A stretch of DNA of 64,000 nucleotides from a bacterium (GTDB lineage: Bacteria; Patescibacteriota; Minisyncoccia; Phycocordibacterales; Phycocordibacteraceae): contig JBBCGK010000001.1 in assembly GCA_037200965.1 (NCBI GenBank), positions 1 to 64,000 of the forward strand. The letters are read 5' to 3'. The position numbers and the translations under genes are program-made. Below the pieces are notes generated by a model, which saw only the letters and a list, made by a program, of their open reading frames with translations, ran no database searches and had not been told where the DNA came from. Positions 55,492 through 63,738 of the stretch are shown here, one piece after another (the first letter of the stretch is position 1; every line of letters begins with the position of its first letter).

Positions 55492-56320
55492 AAATATGAT
55501 GAAAAAACGAACAGCAGTAATACTCATCGTCGTCGCTATCGTGGCAACATACGCTGTCATCATGTGGGCGTATTACGGAGACCCTTCATGGTCTAGCAGC
55601 AGCGACACCGCAAGCAGCACCGAGATACCGGCAGACTGCAACGTGCTCGCGTTCAACCTCAACGGAGAGATAGCAACATACCTGCCGCAAGATAGTATCA
55701 GTGAGACCGATTCCGTCTCATCGGCCGATATTCTCGATGGTCTCAAGCTGGCGAAGGAGAACCCGCAAATAAAGGCGGTGCTGCTTTCGGTTGATTCCGG
55801 CGGCGGGAGCGTCGTAGCCGGTGAGGAGATAGCCAACGGCTTCAAGGCGCTCGGCAAGCCCTCTGCGGCGGTTATCCGCGACCTGGGAGCTTCTGCCGCA
55901 TACTGGGCGGCTACCGGCGCAGGCAGGATATTTGCCTCGAAGGTGTCGGATGTGGGTAGTATCGGCATCACCGCCTCATACCTCGACAATACCGTTGCGA
56001 ACGCAAAGGACGGTCTCACGCCCGTGGCAATCGTCTCTGCGCCGTATAAGAACGAGGGCGACCCCGACTTTCCGCTCACGGCAGCAGGCAAGGCGGACAT
56101 ACTCGCATCTATCAAGAAAGACCATGAGGTTTTCGTGGACGAAGTTGCAGCAAACCGGAAGCTCGACCGCAGCAAGGTAGCAGCGCTTGCAGATGGCCGA
56201 ACGTATGTTGGCACCGACGCCGTGGACAACGGACTGATTGACGGCATCGGCAGCATTCCCGAAGCGACCGACTATCTTACTCAACAGATTGGTGAGTCTG
56301 CGCAGGTGTGCTGGTACTAA
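55481..56320 (+). CDS. SppA/S49-family serine peptidase (signal-peptide-peptidase-like), membrane-anchored
   Basis: 279 aa. N-terminal TM. S49 core with Ser in GASAAYW and downstream Lys. Start overlaps the upstream gene's end by 11 nt. Confidence 0.65.
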   Translation: MKDKNMMKKRTAVILIVVAIVATYAVIMWAYYGDPSWSSSSDTASSTEIPADCNVLAFNLNGEIATYLPQDSISETDSVSSADILDGLKLAKENPQIKAVLLSVDSGGGSVVAGEEIANGFKALGKPSAAVIRDLGASAAYWAATGAGRIFASKVSDVGSIGITASYLDNTVANAKDGLTPVAIVSAPYKNEGDPDFPLTAAGKADILASIKKDHEVFVDEVAANRKLDRSKVAALADGRTYVGTDAVDNGLIDGIGSIPEATDYLTQQIGESAQVCWY

Positions 56321-56972
56321 CCGACGCGCGCAGCATCGTCATATCTTTCTCGCTCATTTTTCCGGCCATCGCCCGATTGAGAATGTTCATCATAAAAGTT
56401 GCCGTCTCGCGCTTGTCGGCGTTTGATTTGATATTCAGAGACTCCTTGCTGTGCGCAGCGCGCATCACATAGTTGAACACGTTTAGCACGTAGTTGCGGC
56501 GCTTCACGATGATGTCATCGTCGTAGCTGCTTTCATCGTCCTGGTCGCGCTTGAGAATATCCATCGCATCGTTGAGCAGCTCGCCTGCAAGGGTGCTCGC
56601 GCCCATCTCTAGCGTCTGCGCATCCGGCACGATGGCGGCATTTTGCTCATCCCGCACCTTGATGATTTGCCGCAGCTCCCGCTGCTCCTGCTTGTAGCCC
56701 TGCTCGGCGAGCAGCTCCGCGTCCCACTTCTTGCGCCACAGGCGATATTGCTTCTCCCAGGGAAAGAAGGTAAACGGGGCGATGGACTTGTTGAAATCGT
56801 TGATGATACGGATGGCGCTGCGGTCTGGTTCCTTGCGGCGCTCGGCCAGGTAGAAGGCGCGGAAGGACGGGAGAAGCTCCCGAAGCTCACCGACCCTCTG
56901 GTATTTGCCGTCAAAGCCCTCGTAGAAGGAGAAGATGGGCTTGGTATCGTTTTGTGGTGTTGATGTGTCCAT
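56277..56972 (-). CDS. hypothetical protein
   Basis: Start taken at the internal ATG 56972 (MDTSTPQND...) to avoid overlapping the recombinase remnant. Acidic helical protein, no family. Confidence 0.4.
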   Translation of the reverse strand: MDTSTPQNDTKPIFSFYEGFDGKYQRVGELRELLPSFRAFYLAERRKEPDRSAIRIINDFNKSIAPFTFFPWEKQYRLWRKKWDAELLAEQGYKQEQRELRQIIKVRDEQNAAIVPDAQTLEMGASTLAGELLNDAMDILKRDQDDESSYDDDIIVKRRNYVLNVFNYVMRAAHSKESLNIKSNADKRETATFMMNILNRAMAGKMSEKDMTMLRASVSTSTPAQTHQSVE

Positions 56973-56988
56973 AGGGGCTATAATGAGG

Positions 56989-58554
56989 CTATATCGCAGC
57001 GTGCTGGGGCTGGAGAATGGCTTGCCACTCCTGCAATCCTTCAAGGACTTGGTTCCAGTTCGCGCGGATGTAGTCCACATCGTCGGAGTTGGTGGTAGCT
57101 AACTCCTCAAACAGCCTGGTTTTACTTAGCTTATTTCCGGTTCTATAACCCTCATTTTTGGCATACTCCAATTTGCGCTCAAAGAGGAAGAAAAAGAGCC
57201 GGTGCTGACCATGCACATCGAACAAATCCCAAGTAGATACGGGGCTTTTTAGCATTCCCATACTCTTATCAAGGGCGGTTCTATAAGGTATTCCTAAGTC
57301 CTTGCTGATGAGGGTCGTGCCCTCCATTTTCTCAAGCTCGCGTGCGCTGTCTTCTATCTGAGCTTCATACGTGCGCACTACAGCCTCAGAATTGGCCTTA
57401 CGCGCCATCTCTGACAGCTCCTTGAGCTTCTTCTTCAACTCCTCCTTTCGCTGCTCCTGAAGGTAATCCTGCCATTCAAATATTCTTGACTCCTGTGCCC
57501 ATATTTTATCGAACACGCTAGAAGCAACACCAGTAACGGCAGGCTTGAGTCGGTTGCGTGCGAGCACCTTCTTGAAATCATCCTCGACATCCTTCTTCCG
57601 AAGGGTCTTGAAGTAGAGCTCACACTTCCTGTTCTGGCAGAAGTAGTATTCGTACTTCTTCTTGCTGCGGCTCGTTGATGGAGCTGCTGAAAGATGGCCA
57701 TCACATAGGGCGCAGGTAATGAGGCCACGCAGTGGGAATTGGTCTGAGGTGTCTTTGCGAGGCTTGGCCTTTGCTTCGTCCTTTCCAAGCCGTGCCTGAA
57801 TGCGAAGGAAGGTGTCAGGTTTAATAAGACCTGTGTGCTGTCCGTCTCTTCGAGACACGCCCCAGGGGAGGTATTCAATGAATCCTGCAAAGAAAGGGTC
57901 TTCAAGCATTCCTGAAACATGGTCTAAGCATCGAACAGGCTCCTTACCAGCCCACATACCTCGCTCCACCATAAAGTTGGCGACATCAATCTTTCTTGGC
58001 AAATTGCCGCTCGCGAATCCTTCAAGAGCAGGCTTGATTACCTCGTAGCCAAGCTTATTCGGCTGCGCAACCTTTCCACGGCCAAGAATGAACACCATGT
58101 CATACCCGCGCTTCTTACTGAATGGCCAGTAGCCTGCGAGCAGCCGAGCTTCCATCTTGTTGATTACCTGTTCCGCGTTCTGCTCACGGTCGAGTTCAGC
58201 CTGCGCTGCGAGTACACGCTCAACGAATCTTCCCGAAGGGGAGTCCTCGAAGTTGAAGTTAAGGCAGAGCGGAATAATGTCGCACTCAGTGAACGCTTCC
58301 ATCAGCGCCATATGAAACTTCAGGTCGCGTGCAAAGCGTTTGAGGTCGTCGAAGACAACAACGAACTTCTTATCGCGGTTTGCACGAACATACGCCAATA
58401 ACTCTCGCATGCTTGGACGGCGCATGAAGTCGCCACCTCCTGTGTACGTGTCTATGAAGGACCGGTCATAGGGTATACCAAGCTCTGTAAGTCGAATCTT
58501 GCATCGCGTCTCCTGACTTGATTGGCCACTGCCATTCAGCTCCTGGCTCGAGTT
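56989..58554 (-). pseudogene. large serine recombinase remnant lacking the N-terminal catalytic region
   Basis: ORF 56989-58425 begins mid-resolvase domain (…RPSMRELLAYVRANRDKKFVVVFDDLKRFARDL). The frame continues upstream to 58554 (…IDTYTGGDF) with no YxRVS catalytic-serine motif, then hits a stop and an AT-rich junction. C-terminal recombinase and Zn-ribbon regions are intact. Confidence 0.6.
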
Positions 58555-58894
58555 TTAAATATTTTAAGGATCTAGACGCCTTTAGAAAATATGCACGGAA
58601 TATTGAAAGCATTGATCGTATTGATAAAGAACTTGAGGATAAAGTAGAAAAAGTAACCAAAGAGATAAAAGCTCGAGTTAAGCAGCAGCATCCTGATATG
58701 TAATTGAATCTTGATATGAATTTTTACGACAAATACATCCTCCCTAAATACCTCAATTGGACGATGAGAAAGAAGGATTTCGCGGTGATGTGATTCACCA
58801 CAATAAACCGTCCAGGGCTGGCACGAAGACGAGCAATCGTCCGAATGCCAGCCCTTTCCCATTTCTGATAGAATATCACTCAACCAACTCCAAT

Positions 58895-59311
58895 ATGACA
58901 ATTGTTGAAAAAGTTAAAGAACTTAACTTGCCGTTCGGACAATACGTCGTTATCGGGAGCGGCCTCTTGGAAGCTCTCGGTATCCGCAAAGCGCAGGATA
59001 TCGATGTTGCCGTCCTGCCCAACCTGTATGACCGGTTGCGCGCGAGCGGGGAATGGGGAGAGGAAGAGAAATACGGCAAGATCTTTCTCGTGCGGGAAGG
59101 CATCGAGATAAGTCCGAAGACTTCCTGGGATGAATACACGACCACTACGGAGGAAGCCATAGCTTCGGCGATGATAATCGACGGCGTTCCCTTTATGAGC
59201 CCTAAGGAGCTTATAAAATTTAAGACGGCTATGGGGCGCGAGCTGGATTTCAGGGATATCGATTTATTGAACGAGTATCTCGAGAAGCATAGGGATCAGG
59301 AGCCTTCATAG
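58895..59311 (+). CDS. nucleotidyltransferase-fold protein (ANT(2'')/Lnu-like small-molecule nucleotidyltransferase candidate)
   Basis: ATG at 58895. YVVIGSGLLEALGIRKAQDIDVAV matches the G[SG]...DxD pol-beta-type nucleotidyltransferase signature. 138 aa. Confidence 0.5.
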   Translation: MTIVEKVKELNLPFGQYVVIGSGLLEALGIRKAQDIDVAVLPNLYDRLRASGEWGEEEKYGKIFLVREGIEISPKTSWDEYTTTTEEAIASAMIIDGVPFMSPKELIKFKTAMGRELDFRDIDLLNEYLEKHRDQEPS

Positions 59312-59384
59312 GCGGTCTTTCTCCGAGGAAGAATATGCGGTAGTATTGCCATAGGCAGCAGCGTATTGTGCCAAGGAGGCGCAC

Positions 59385-59627
59385 ATGACTCGTCAAGAAA
59401 CTTCGGAGGCTGAACATGCTCAAGCAAAGAAGGCGAGACGCGAATTCTATCTATACAGCGTCCTGCCGTGCTTGGCGGTATTTGCTCTCTCAACGCTCTT
59501 CGCGCACGTGAACTTGTTTGGCGGACGCGATCTGTGGGGAGTCCTCTCGGTCCTTTCGGGCGCCCTGGGATTGGCGTGGGCGACGTTTCCGCTTTGGTTT
59601 CGTGCCGCATCAGGCATGAGCCGGTAG
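59385..59627 (+). CDS. small membrane protein (hypothetical)
   Basis: 80 aa with two TM helices. Confidence 0.35.
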   Translation: MTRQETSEAEHAQAKKARREFYLYSVLPCLAVFALSTLFAHVNLFGGRDLWGVLSVLSGALGLAWATFPLWFRAASGMSR

Positions 59628-59682
59628 AAAAGCAGGGCCGTGCGGGATATTCCCCGCACGGCCTATCGCGTTCGAGCTCCAC

Positions 59683-60738
59683 TTATTTCCCCTGCCCGTA
59701 ATACTTCTTCAAAAGCGCCACGTGCTCGGCATAGGTGGCGCTGCAGTGGAAGTCCCCGTACTTGTCGTGGAAATAAAAGAGGCACGGCGTATTCACGGGA
59801 TTGAGCGCCGCAAGCACCGCCGCGACCGAAGGGCTCGCGATCGGCGTCGGAGGAAGGCCCCGATTCGCATACGTGTTGTACGGTGATTTTATGTATTTAT
59901 CCTTCGGCACGACCGTCGGCCACCAGCTATTCGCGGTTTTTGCCTTCGCATACTGGAGCGTGGCGTCGATCTGGAGGTTCATGCCGGTAAAGAGGCGGTT
60001 CCAGATGATGCCCGAGATAAGGCGCATATCGTCGAGCCCGCCGGTCTCGCGCTCGATGAGCGAGGCGATTGTGAGCGCCTGGTCAAGCGGGACGATCTCG
60101 GCGGTCGTTGTGCCGTAGCGGGAGACGATATCCTTGTTGAATTTCTCGTTGACGAGCGCCTGGGCCATGGACGGGGTGGCTGCGGCGTCGACGAGATAGA
60201 TGCCCGGCGCGAAGGATCCTTCGGGGAGCGGGAGATTCGAATATTTTCGCGCGGTCATGAATTCGCTCCGCCCGGCTGCGGTCCATCCGAGCGCCTTCCC
60301 GAAACTTGCAGCCACCTGCTCCTTGCGGAGCCCGGGCGTAATGGTGACGAAGCGGGTATCCGCGGCGGCGATGCTCTGATACCAAGGGGTATCGGAAATC
60401 GCGATAGCAACCGCCTGGAAAAGGTGTTCGAAGATATCCGCCGCGCCTCCCGCAGCGGCTTCGGCCCGGAGCGGGGAATCGGGGTTTTCGAACAAGGCAT
60501 TCACCTGCGCGTTTTCGACGATGCTCTTGCTTCGGGGATTGACCGTAACGGGAAACTGCTCGGGTATCGAAGGCGAGTGCGCCTCTTGCTGCCGTATGGA
60601 AACTTCGAGGATGGAAGGCAGGGACAGCACGATTCCTCCGGCAAGAACGGCTCCGGCCGCGAGAACCACTAAGATCGGCGAGACGTACGGTATCCAGCGG
60701 CCCTTCTTCGGCCGCGCTGCATAGGGGATGAGCTTCAC
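59683..60738 (-). CDS. mltG: endolytic murein transglycosylase MltG (YceG family)
   Basis: N-terminal TM anchor, YceG-like core (FYFHDKYGDFHCSATYAEH C-terminus). Start set at GTG 60738 because the first ATG (60801) overlaps tRNA-Pro. TTG 60756 is an alternative. Confidence 0.75.
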   Translation of the reverse strand: MKLIPYAARPKKGRWIPYVSPILVVLAAGAVLAGGIVLSLPSILEVSIRQQEAHSPSIPEQFPVTVNPRSKSIVENAQVNALFENPDSPLRAEAAAGGAADIFEHLFQAVAIAISDTPWYQSIAAADTRFVTITPGLRKEQVAASFGKALGWTAAGRSEFMTARKYSNLPLPEGSFAPGIYLVDAAATPSMAQALVNEKFNKDIVSRYGTTTAEIVPLDQALTIASLIERETGGLDDMRLISGIIWNRLFTGMNLQIDATLQYAKAKTANSWWPTVVPKDKYIKSPYNTYANRGLPPTPIASPSVAAVLAALNPVNTPCLFYFHDKYGDFHCSATYAEHVALLKKYYGQGK

Positions 60739-60800
60739 GAAGATATTGTAGCGCAAAACGGCCGCACGGGCGGCCGTTTTGCTCGAACAGTTTGCCCCCA

Positions 60801-60871
60801 TCGGGCCGCCGGGAATCGAACCCGGTCTACATCCACCCCATGGACGCGTACTACCGGTATACTACGGCCCG
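60801..60871 (-). tRNA. tRNA-Pro(GGG)
   Basis: Minus-strand cloverleaf. Acceptor CGGGCCG/CGGCCCG. D-arm GTAT-ACCGGTA-GTAC. Anticodon stem CGTCC/GGATG with loop ATGGGGT (anticodon GGG). T-arm CCGGG-TTCGATT-CCCGG. Discriminator A, no CCA. Confidence 0.8.
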
Positions 60872-60896
60872 TTTCGTTCGCTGGTCCTGTGTCCTG

Positions 60897-60967
60897 TCGG
60901 GCCGCCGGGAATCGAACCCGGTCTTTACGCACCCGAAGCGCACGTACTACCGGTATACTACGGCCCG
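60897..60967 (-). tRNA. tRNA-Pro(CGG)
   Basis: Same acceptor, D and T arms as the neighbouring tRNA-Pro. Anticodon stem TGCGC/GCGTA with loop TTCGGGT (anticodon CGG). Confidence 0.8.
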
Positions 60968-60984
60968 ACACGACACACGACCTG

Positions 60985-61057
60985 TGGACCCTAGGGAATT
61001 CGAATCCCTGACCTCGTCAATGCGAATGACGCGCTCTACCAGCTGAGCTAAGGGCCC
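60985..61057 (-). tRNA. tRNA-Ala(CGC)
   Basis: Acceptor GGGCCCT/AGGGTCC with G3-U70. D-arm GCTC-AGCTGGTAGAGC. Anticodon stem CGTCA/TGACG with loop TTCGCAT (anticodon CGC). T-arm AGGGA-TTCGAAT-TCCCT. Confidence 0.8.
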
Positions 61058-61086
61058 GTTCGGAAGAATATAGCACGAGGAACCGG

Positions 61087-61299
61087 CTATTTGGAGTCTT
61101 CTTCCCGCTTCCTGAAGAGGCCATAGAGGCGCTCATAGTATGCGAGGGCTTTCCCTTGGAGAAGAAGGCGCGCGCCGACCATCTCGGCGCCGACGAACAC
61201 GAGCCAGGAGCCGGGCGTGAACGGGGTTACGAGCGCGAGAAGGCCGATGACGATCAGCGCTACCCCGATGATTTTCTTCCATGGCAGGTTCATAGGCAT
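61087..61299 (-). CDS. small membrane protein (hypothetical)
   Basis: 70 aa with two TM helices. Confidence 0.35.
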   Translation of the reverse strand: MPMNLPWKKIIGVALIVIGLLALVTPFTPGSWLVFVGAEMVGARLLLQGKALAYYERLYGLFRKREEDSK

Positions 61300-61348
61300 T
61301 CATCATAGCCTTTTCGAGCTCCCTTTGATATCGTGAGCGGGCAATCGA

Positions 61349-61422
61349 GGGCGATTAGCTCAGTTGGTTAGAGCGTCCGCCTCACACGCGGAAGGTCACA
61401 AGTTCGAGTCTTGTATCGCCCA
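61349..61422 (+). tRNA. tRNA-Val(CAC)
   Basis: Acceptor GGGCGAT/ATCGCCC. D-arm GCTC-AGTTGGTTAGAGC. Anticodon stem TCCGC/GCGGA with loop CTCACAC (anticodon CAC). T-arm ACAAG-TTCGAGT-CTTGT. Discriminator A, no CCA. Confidence 0.8.
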
Positions 61423-61476
61423 CTTTCAACTAAGGCCAGTCAGCATACTGCCCTCATGCGCAGCTACTCGAGGAAG

Positions 61477-61504
61477 TTGACAAACTTTATAGTTTCGATA
61501 TAAA
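61477..61504 (+). promoter_or_regulatory. sigma70-like promoter: -35 TTGACA, 16-nt spacer, -10 TATAAA
   Basis: TTGACA at 61477-61482 and TATAAA at 61499-61504. Followed by AGGAGG and the ATG at 61575. Confidence 0.5.
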
Positions 61505-61574
61505 GTCACCACAACGGACGCATTGAGTCCGTTTGTACATCTCACCCAGCTCGGCTCTAGGAGGGCCTACGGAA

Positions 61575-62192
61575 ATGCTTACCAGCAATCTGTTCTACCG
61601 GACCAAGGAAGGTCGTGGGGGGATTCGCTTCGCGAGCCCTTTCTCCATCCTACTTTCTGGCCTATACACCTGGGTCCCGCTCGCCAGTGCCGTCGGCTAC
61701 TTTCTCGTCGAGAAGGGCCATTTCGGAGCGGATTTCACCATCCTAGCTCCGGCCTCGGTCTGTGTCGGCGATCACCACGCGCTGATGTGCGCTGGGCCCT
61801 TACAGTTCAACACCTTCGTTCTCGCCGAGTTCGTGGCGGCCGGGGTGATGGCTTCCTATATCGTGAAGACGGCGCTGCGGTTCATCGGCAACATCGAATA
61901 TGCGCCGTCGACCCGCAACAACGAGCGGCTCTCGCCGCTGCTGTTCATCGTCCTGGCGATCATCGTCGGAGTCGTGGGCGGAATGAACCAAGCCGTTCCT
62001 TTCGCCGCCGTTTCGGTCGCATCAATCGTGCTGGCGAAAGCTCTGATCAGGCAGCCCATCCTGTATCTCGCGAAGAGCTTGGCCTATCTGAACGTCGCGG
62101 GCGCCAAAGCCTTCCTCGAGATCGTGGATTGGAACACCAATGTGTGGCCGCTGCGGAGCAGCATCGAACCGCAGCTGGAAGAAGTGGGCTGA
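61575..62192 (+). CDS. hypothetical integral membrane protein
   Basis: Start at ATG 61575 (MLTSNLF...) with AGGAGG ~11 nt upstream. About 6 TM segments. The overlapping Arg-rich ORF 61523-62764 in another frame is rejected. Confidence 0.5.
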   Translation: MLTSNLFYRTKEGRGGIRFASPFSILLSGLYTWVPLASAVGYFLVEKGHFGADFTILAPASVCVGDHHALMCAGPLQFNTFVLAEFVAAGVMASYIVKTALRFIGNIEYAPSTRNNERLSPLLFIVLAIIVGVVGGMNQAVPFAAVSVASIVLAKALIRQPILYLAKSLAYLNVAGAKAFLEIVDWNTNVWPLRSSIEPQLEEVG

Positions 62193-62287
62193 CCGCTTCC
62201 TCACAATCTAGTACGCAGCGCCGGAGCCTTTCCGGCGCTGTTCATTTTCCCTGGCGCCCTCTTTTTCTTTCTGCCATACTCGGTCAT

Positions 62288-62764
62288 ATGAGTCCGAAGC
62301 CAAGAAAAGAACCCGAGATATTCGAGCACGTCACGACCTGGATCGGCTCGACGCTTTCCTTTACGCTCCACACACTCGCTTTCCTCTGTGCATTCCTCAT
62401 CGGCCTTTCCGGCATCGCATCCTGGAACACCGTCCTCCTCGTCCTTACGACCGTCGTCTCGCTCGAGGCGATCTATCTTTCCATTTTCATCCAGATGACG
62501 GTAAACCGGCAATCGGAGGAGCTTGCGGAGGTGAGCGAGGACGTCGAGGATATCCAGGAAGACATCGACGAAATCCAGGAGGATATGGATGAAGTCCAGA
62601 AGGATGTGGACGAAATACAAGGAGACATCGGCGAAATCCAGGAAGACGTCGAAGACTTTACCGAAGAAAAGGCTCCCGCACCGGAAGTCGTGACCCTCGA
62701 ACAGCTTACGATCGACGTCCGGCGCGTCCTTGCCGATCTTGAGGCACTAAAGGAAGGGCGATAA
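62288..62764 (+). CDS. DUF1003-like membrane protein with acidic C-terminal repeat (EDIQEDIDEIQED...)
   Basis: ATG at 62288 (MSPKPRKEPEIFEHVTTWIGS...). Two TM helices with the LSLEAIYLSIFIQMTVNRQSEE segment typical of DUF1003. D/E/I/Q repeat tail. Confidence 0.55.
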   Translation: MSPKPRKEPEIFEHVTTWIGSTLSFTLHTLAFLCAFLIGLSGIASWNTVLLVLTTVVSLEAIYLSIFIQMTVNRQSEELAEVSEDVEDIQEDIDEIQEDMDEVQKDVDEIQGDIGEIQEDVEDFTEEKAPAPEVVTLEQLTIDVRRVLADLEALKEGR

Positions 62765-62834
62765 CAGACTGCGTGTCTTTACTTTTAAATTGAGGGTGAT
62801 ATAATAAGGCCAGGCTATTGAGGAGGACATTCCA

Positions 62835-63611
62835 ATGCCAAAACAGGAACTCGTACGGTTTGGCGAGCTGCTAACCCGCGCGCGCGAGAATCAAAAACCG
62901 CGCATGAACCAGACGCAGGCGGCGTCGAGGCTAACTGCTTTGACCGGAAAAACCTTCACTCAGAGCCGGGTGGCTCTGCTTGAAGGCGGGAAGATAACCG
63001 ATCCGAAACCGGAACTCATCCGGGCGCTCGTTACCGTGTATGGAATTCCGTTCCGGGATTTCATCAAGATTCTCGCCGAGGAGAAGTACGGTCTTACGCC
63101 CGGGCAGGCGCAGATCGCCGCGATGTCGAGACTTGACGCCGAAGGCCTTTCCGCATGGATGAAGCAGTTGCCTGACGGGCAATCCGTCTGGTTTACCGCT
63201 CCGCGGCTGCTCCGTTCGGCATACGACTCAGTACTCGCTGGCATCAGCTCCGTTCTCGAGCGGGGCGGCGAGGTCGTCGTCTGGGTCAGTGAGTCCGATT
63301 CGGGCGCGAAAAGCAATACCCACCGCTTCCTGCTCATGCTTCGGTACCGCCATAAATATGACGGGACTGTGCTCCGCACGGCGCTCATCGACGACTTGGA
63401 GGTGGCGCTTCTGACCGACTACGTCATAGCGAACCCGCTTGGCGTTTTGACCGGCACGGGAAACTCGGAGGGGTGGCTCGCGTTTGTGCGGCAGGAAGGT
63501 CTGCTGTGCCTTGAAATGCCCAAGGATATGCTCGAAGAACAAGTGATAAAGACCGAGGCACTGGTCAGGACACGCGCGAAGCCGGTGGATATCTCGCTCA
63601 TACCGAGATAA
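62835..63611 (+). CDS. XRE-type HTH domain protein with uncharacterised C-terminal domain
   Basis: N-terminal HTH (FGELLTRARENQKPRMNQTQAASRL...). 258 aa. Confidence 0.45.
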   Translation: MPKQELVRFGELLTRARENQKPRMNQTQAASRLTALTGKTFTQSRVALLEGGKITDPKPELIRALVTVYGIPFRDFIKILAEEKYGLTPGQAQIAAMSRLDAEGLSAWMKQLPDGQSVWFTAPRLLRSAYDSVLAGISSVLERGGEVVVWVSESDSGAKSNTHRFLLMLRYRHKYDGTVLRTALIDDLEVALLTDYVIANPLGVLTGTGNSEGWLAFVRQEGLLCLEMPKDMLEEQVIKTEALVRTRAKPVDISLIPR

Positions 63612-63738
63612 GCATCAGATCAACTTACCGAAGGGCCCGGAGAAGTCTCCGGGCCCTTTTCTTTATTTACCGCAAACGTAAAGGCGCATTTTACTCTTGA
63701 GACGTTTAAGGAAAGACGATAAGATTTCACCCACACAA

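Larger units (their letters stand above)
42985..59350. mobile_element. ~16 kb integrative genomic island inserted at the 3' side of tRNA-Ala(TGC)
   Basis: The tRNA is immediately followed by a serine recombinase gene whose 3' end overlaps it, then a tyrosine recombinase, excisionase-like HTH genes, a Type III R-M, cargo genes, and a second truncated recombinase. GC is visibly lower than the flanks. The right boundary is approximate: an AT-rich junction at ~58540-58900, with host-like high GC by ~59350. Confidence 0.6.

Noticed and set aside
58426-58446. Partial similarity of TCCTGTGTACGTGTC to the tRNA-Ala 3' end (TCCTGTACGGTCC) as an att repeat
   Set aside because: The match is short and gapped, and lies in recombinase coding sequence. 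Serine integrases do not generate long direct repeats.
60739-60801. ATG start at 60801 for mltG
   Set aside because: It would overlap the 3' end of tRNA-Pro(GGG). GTG 60738 or TTG 60756 precede the TM anchor and avoid the overlap.
61523-62764. 413-aa ORF spanning two genes
   Set aside because: Its first ~250 aa are an Arg-rich out-of-frame read across the real membrane-protein gene (61575-62192). Only its C-terminal part, from ATG 62288, is a genuine DUF1003-like protein.
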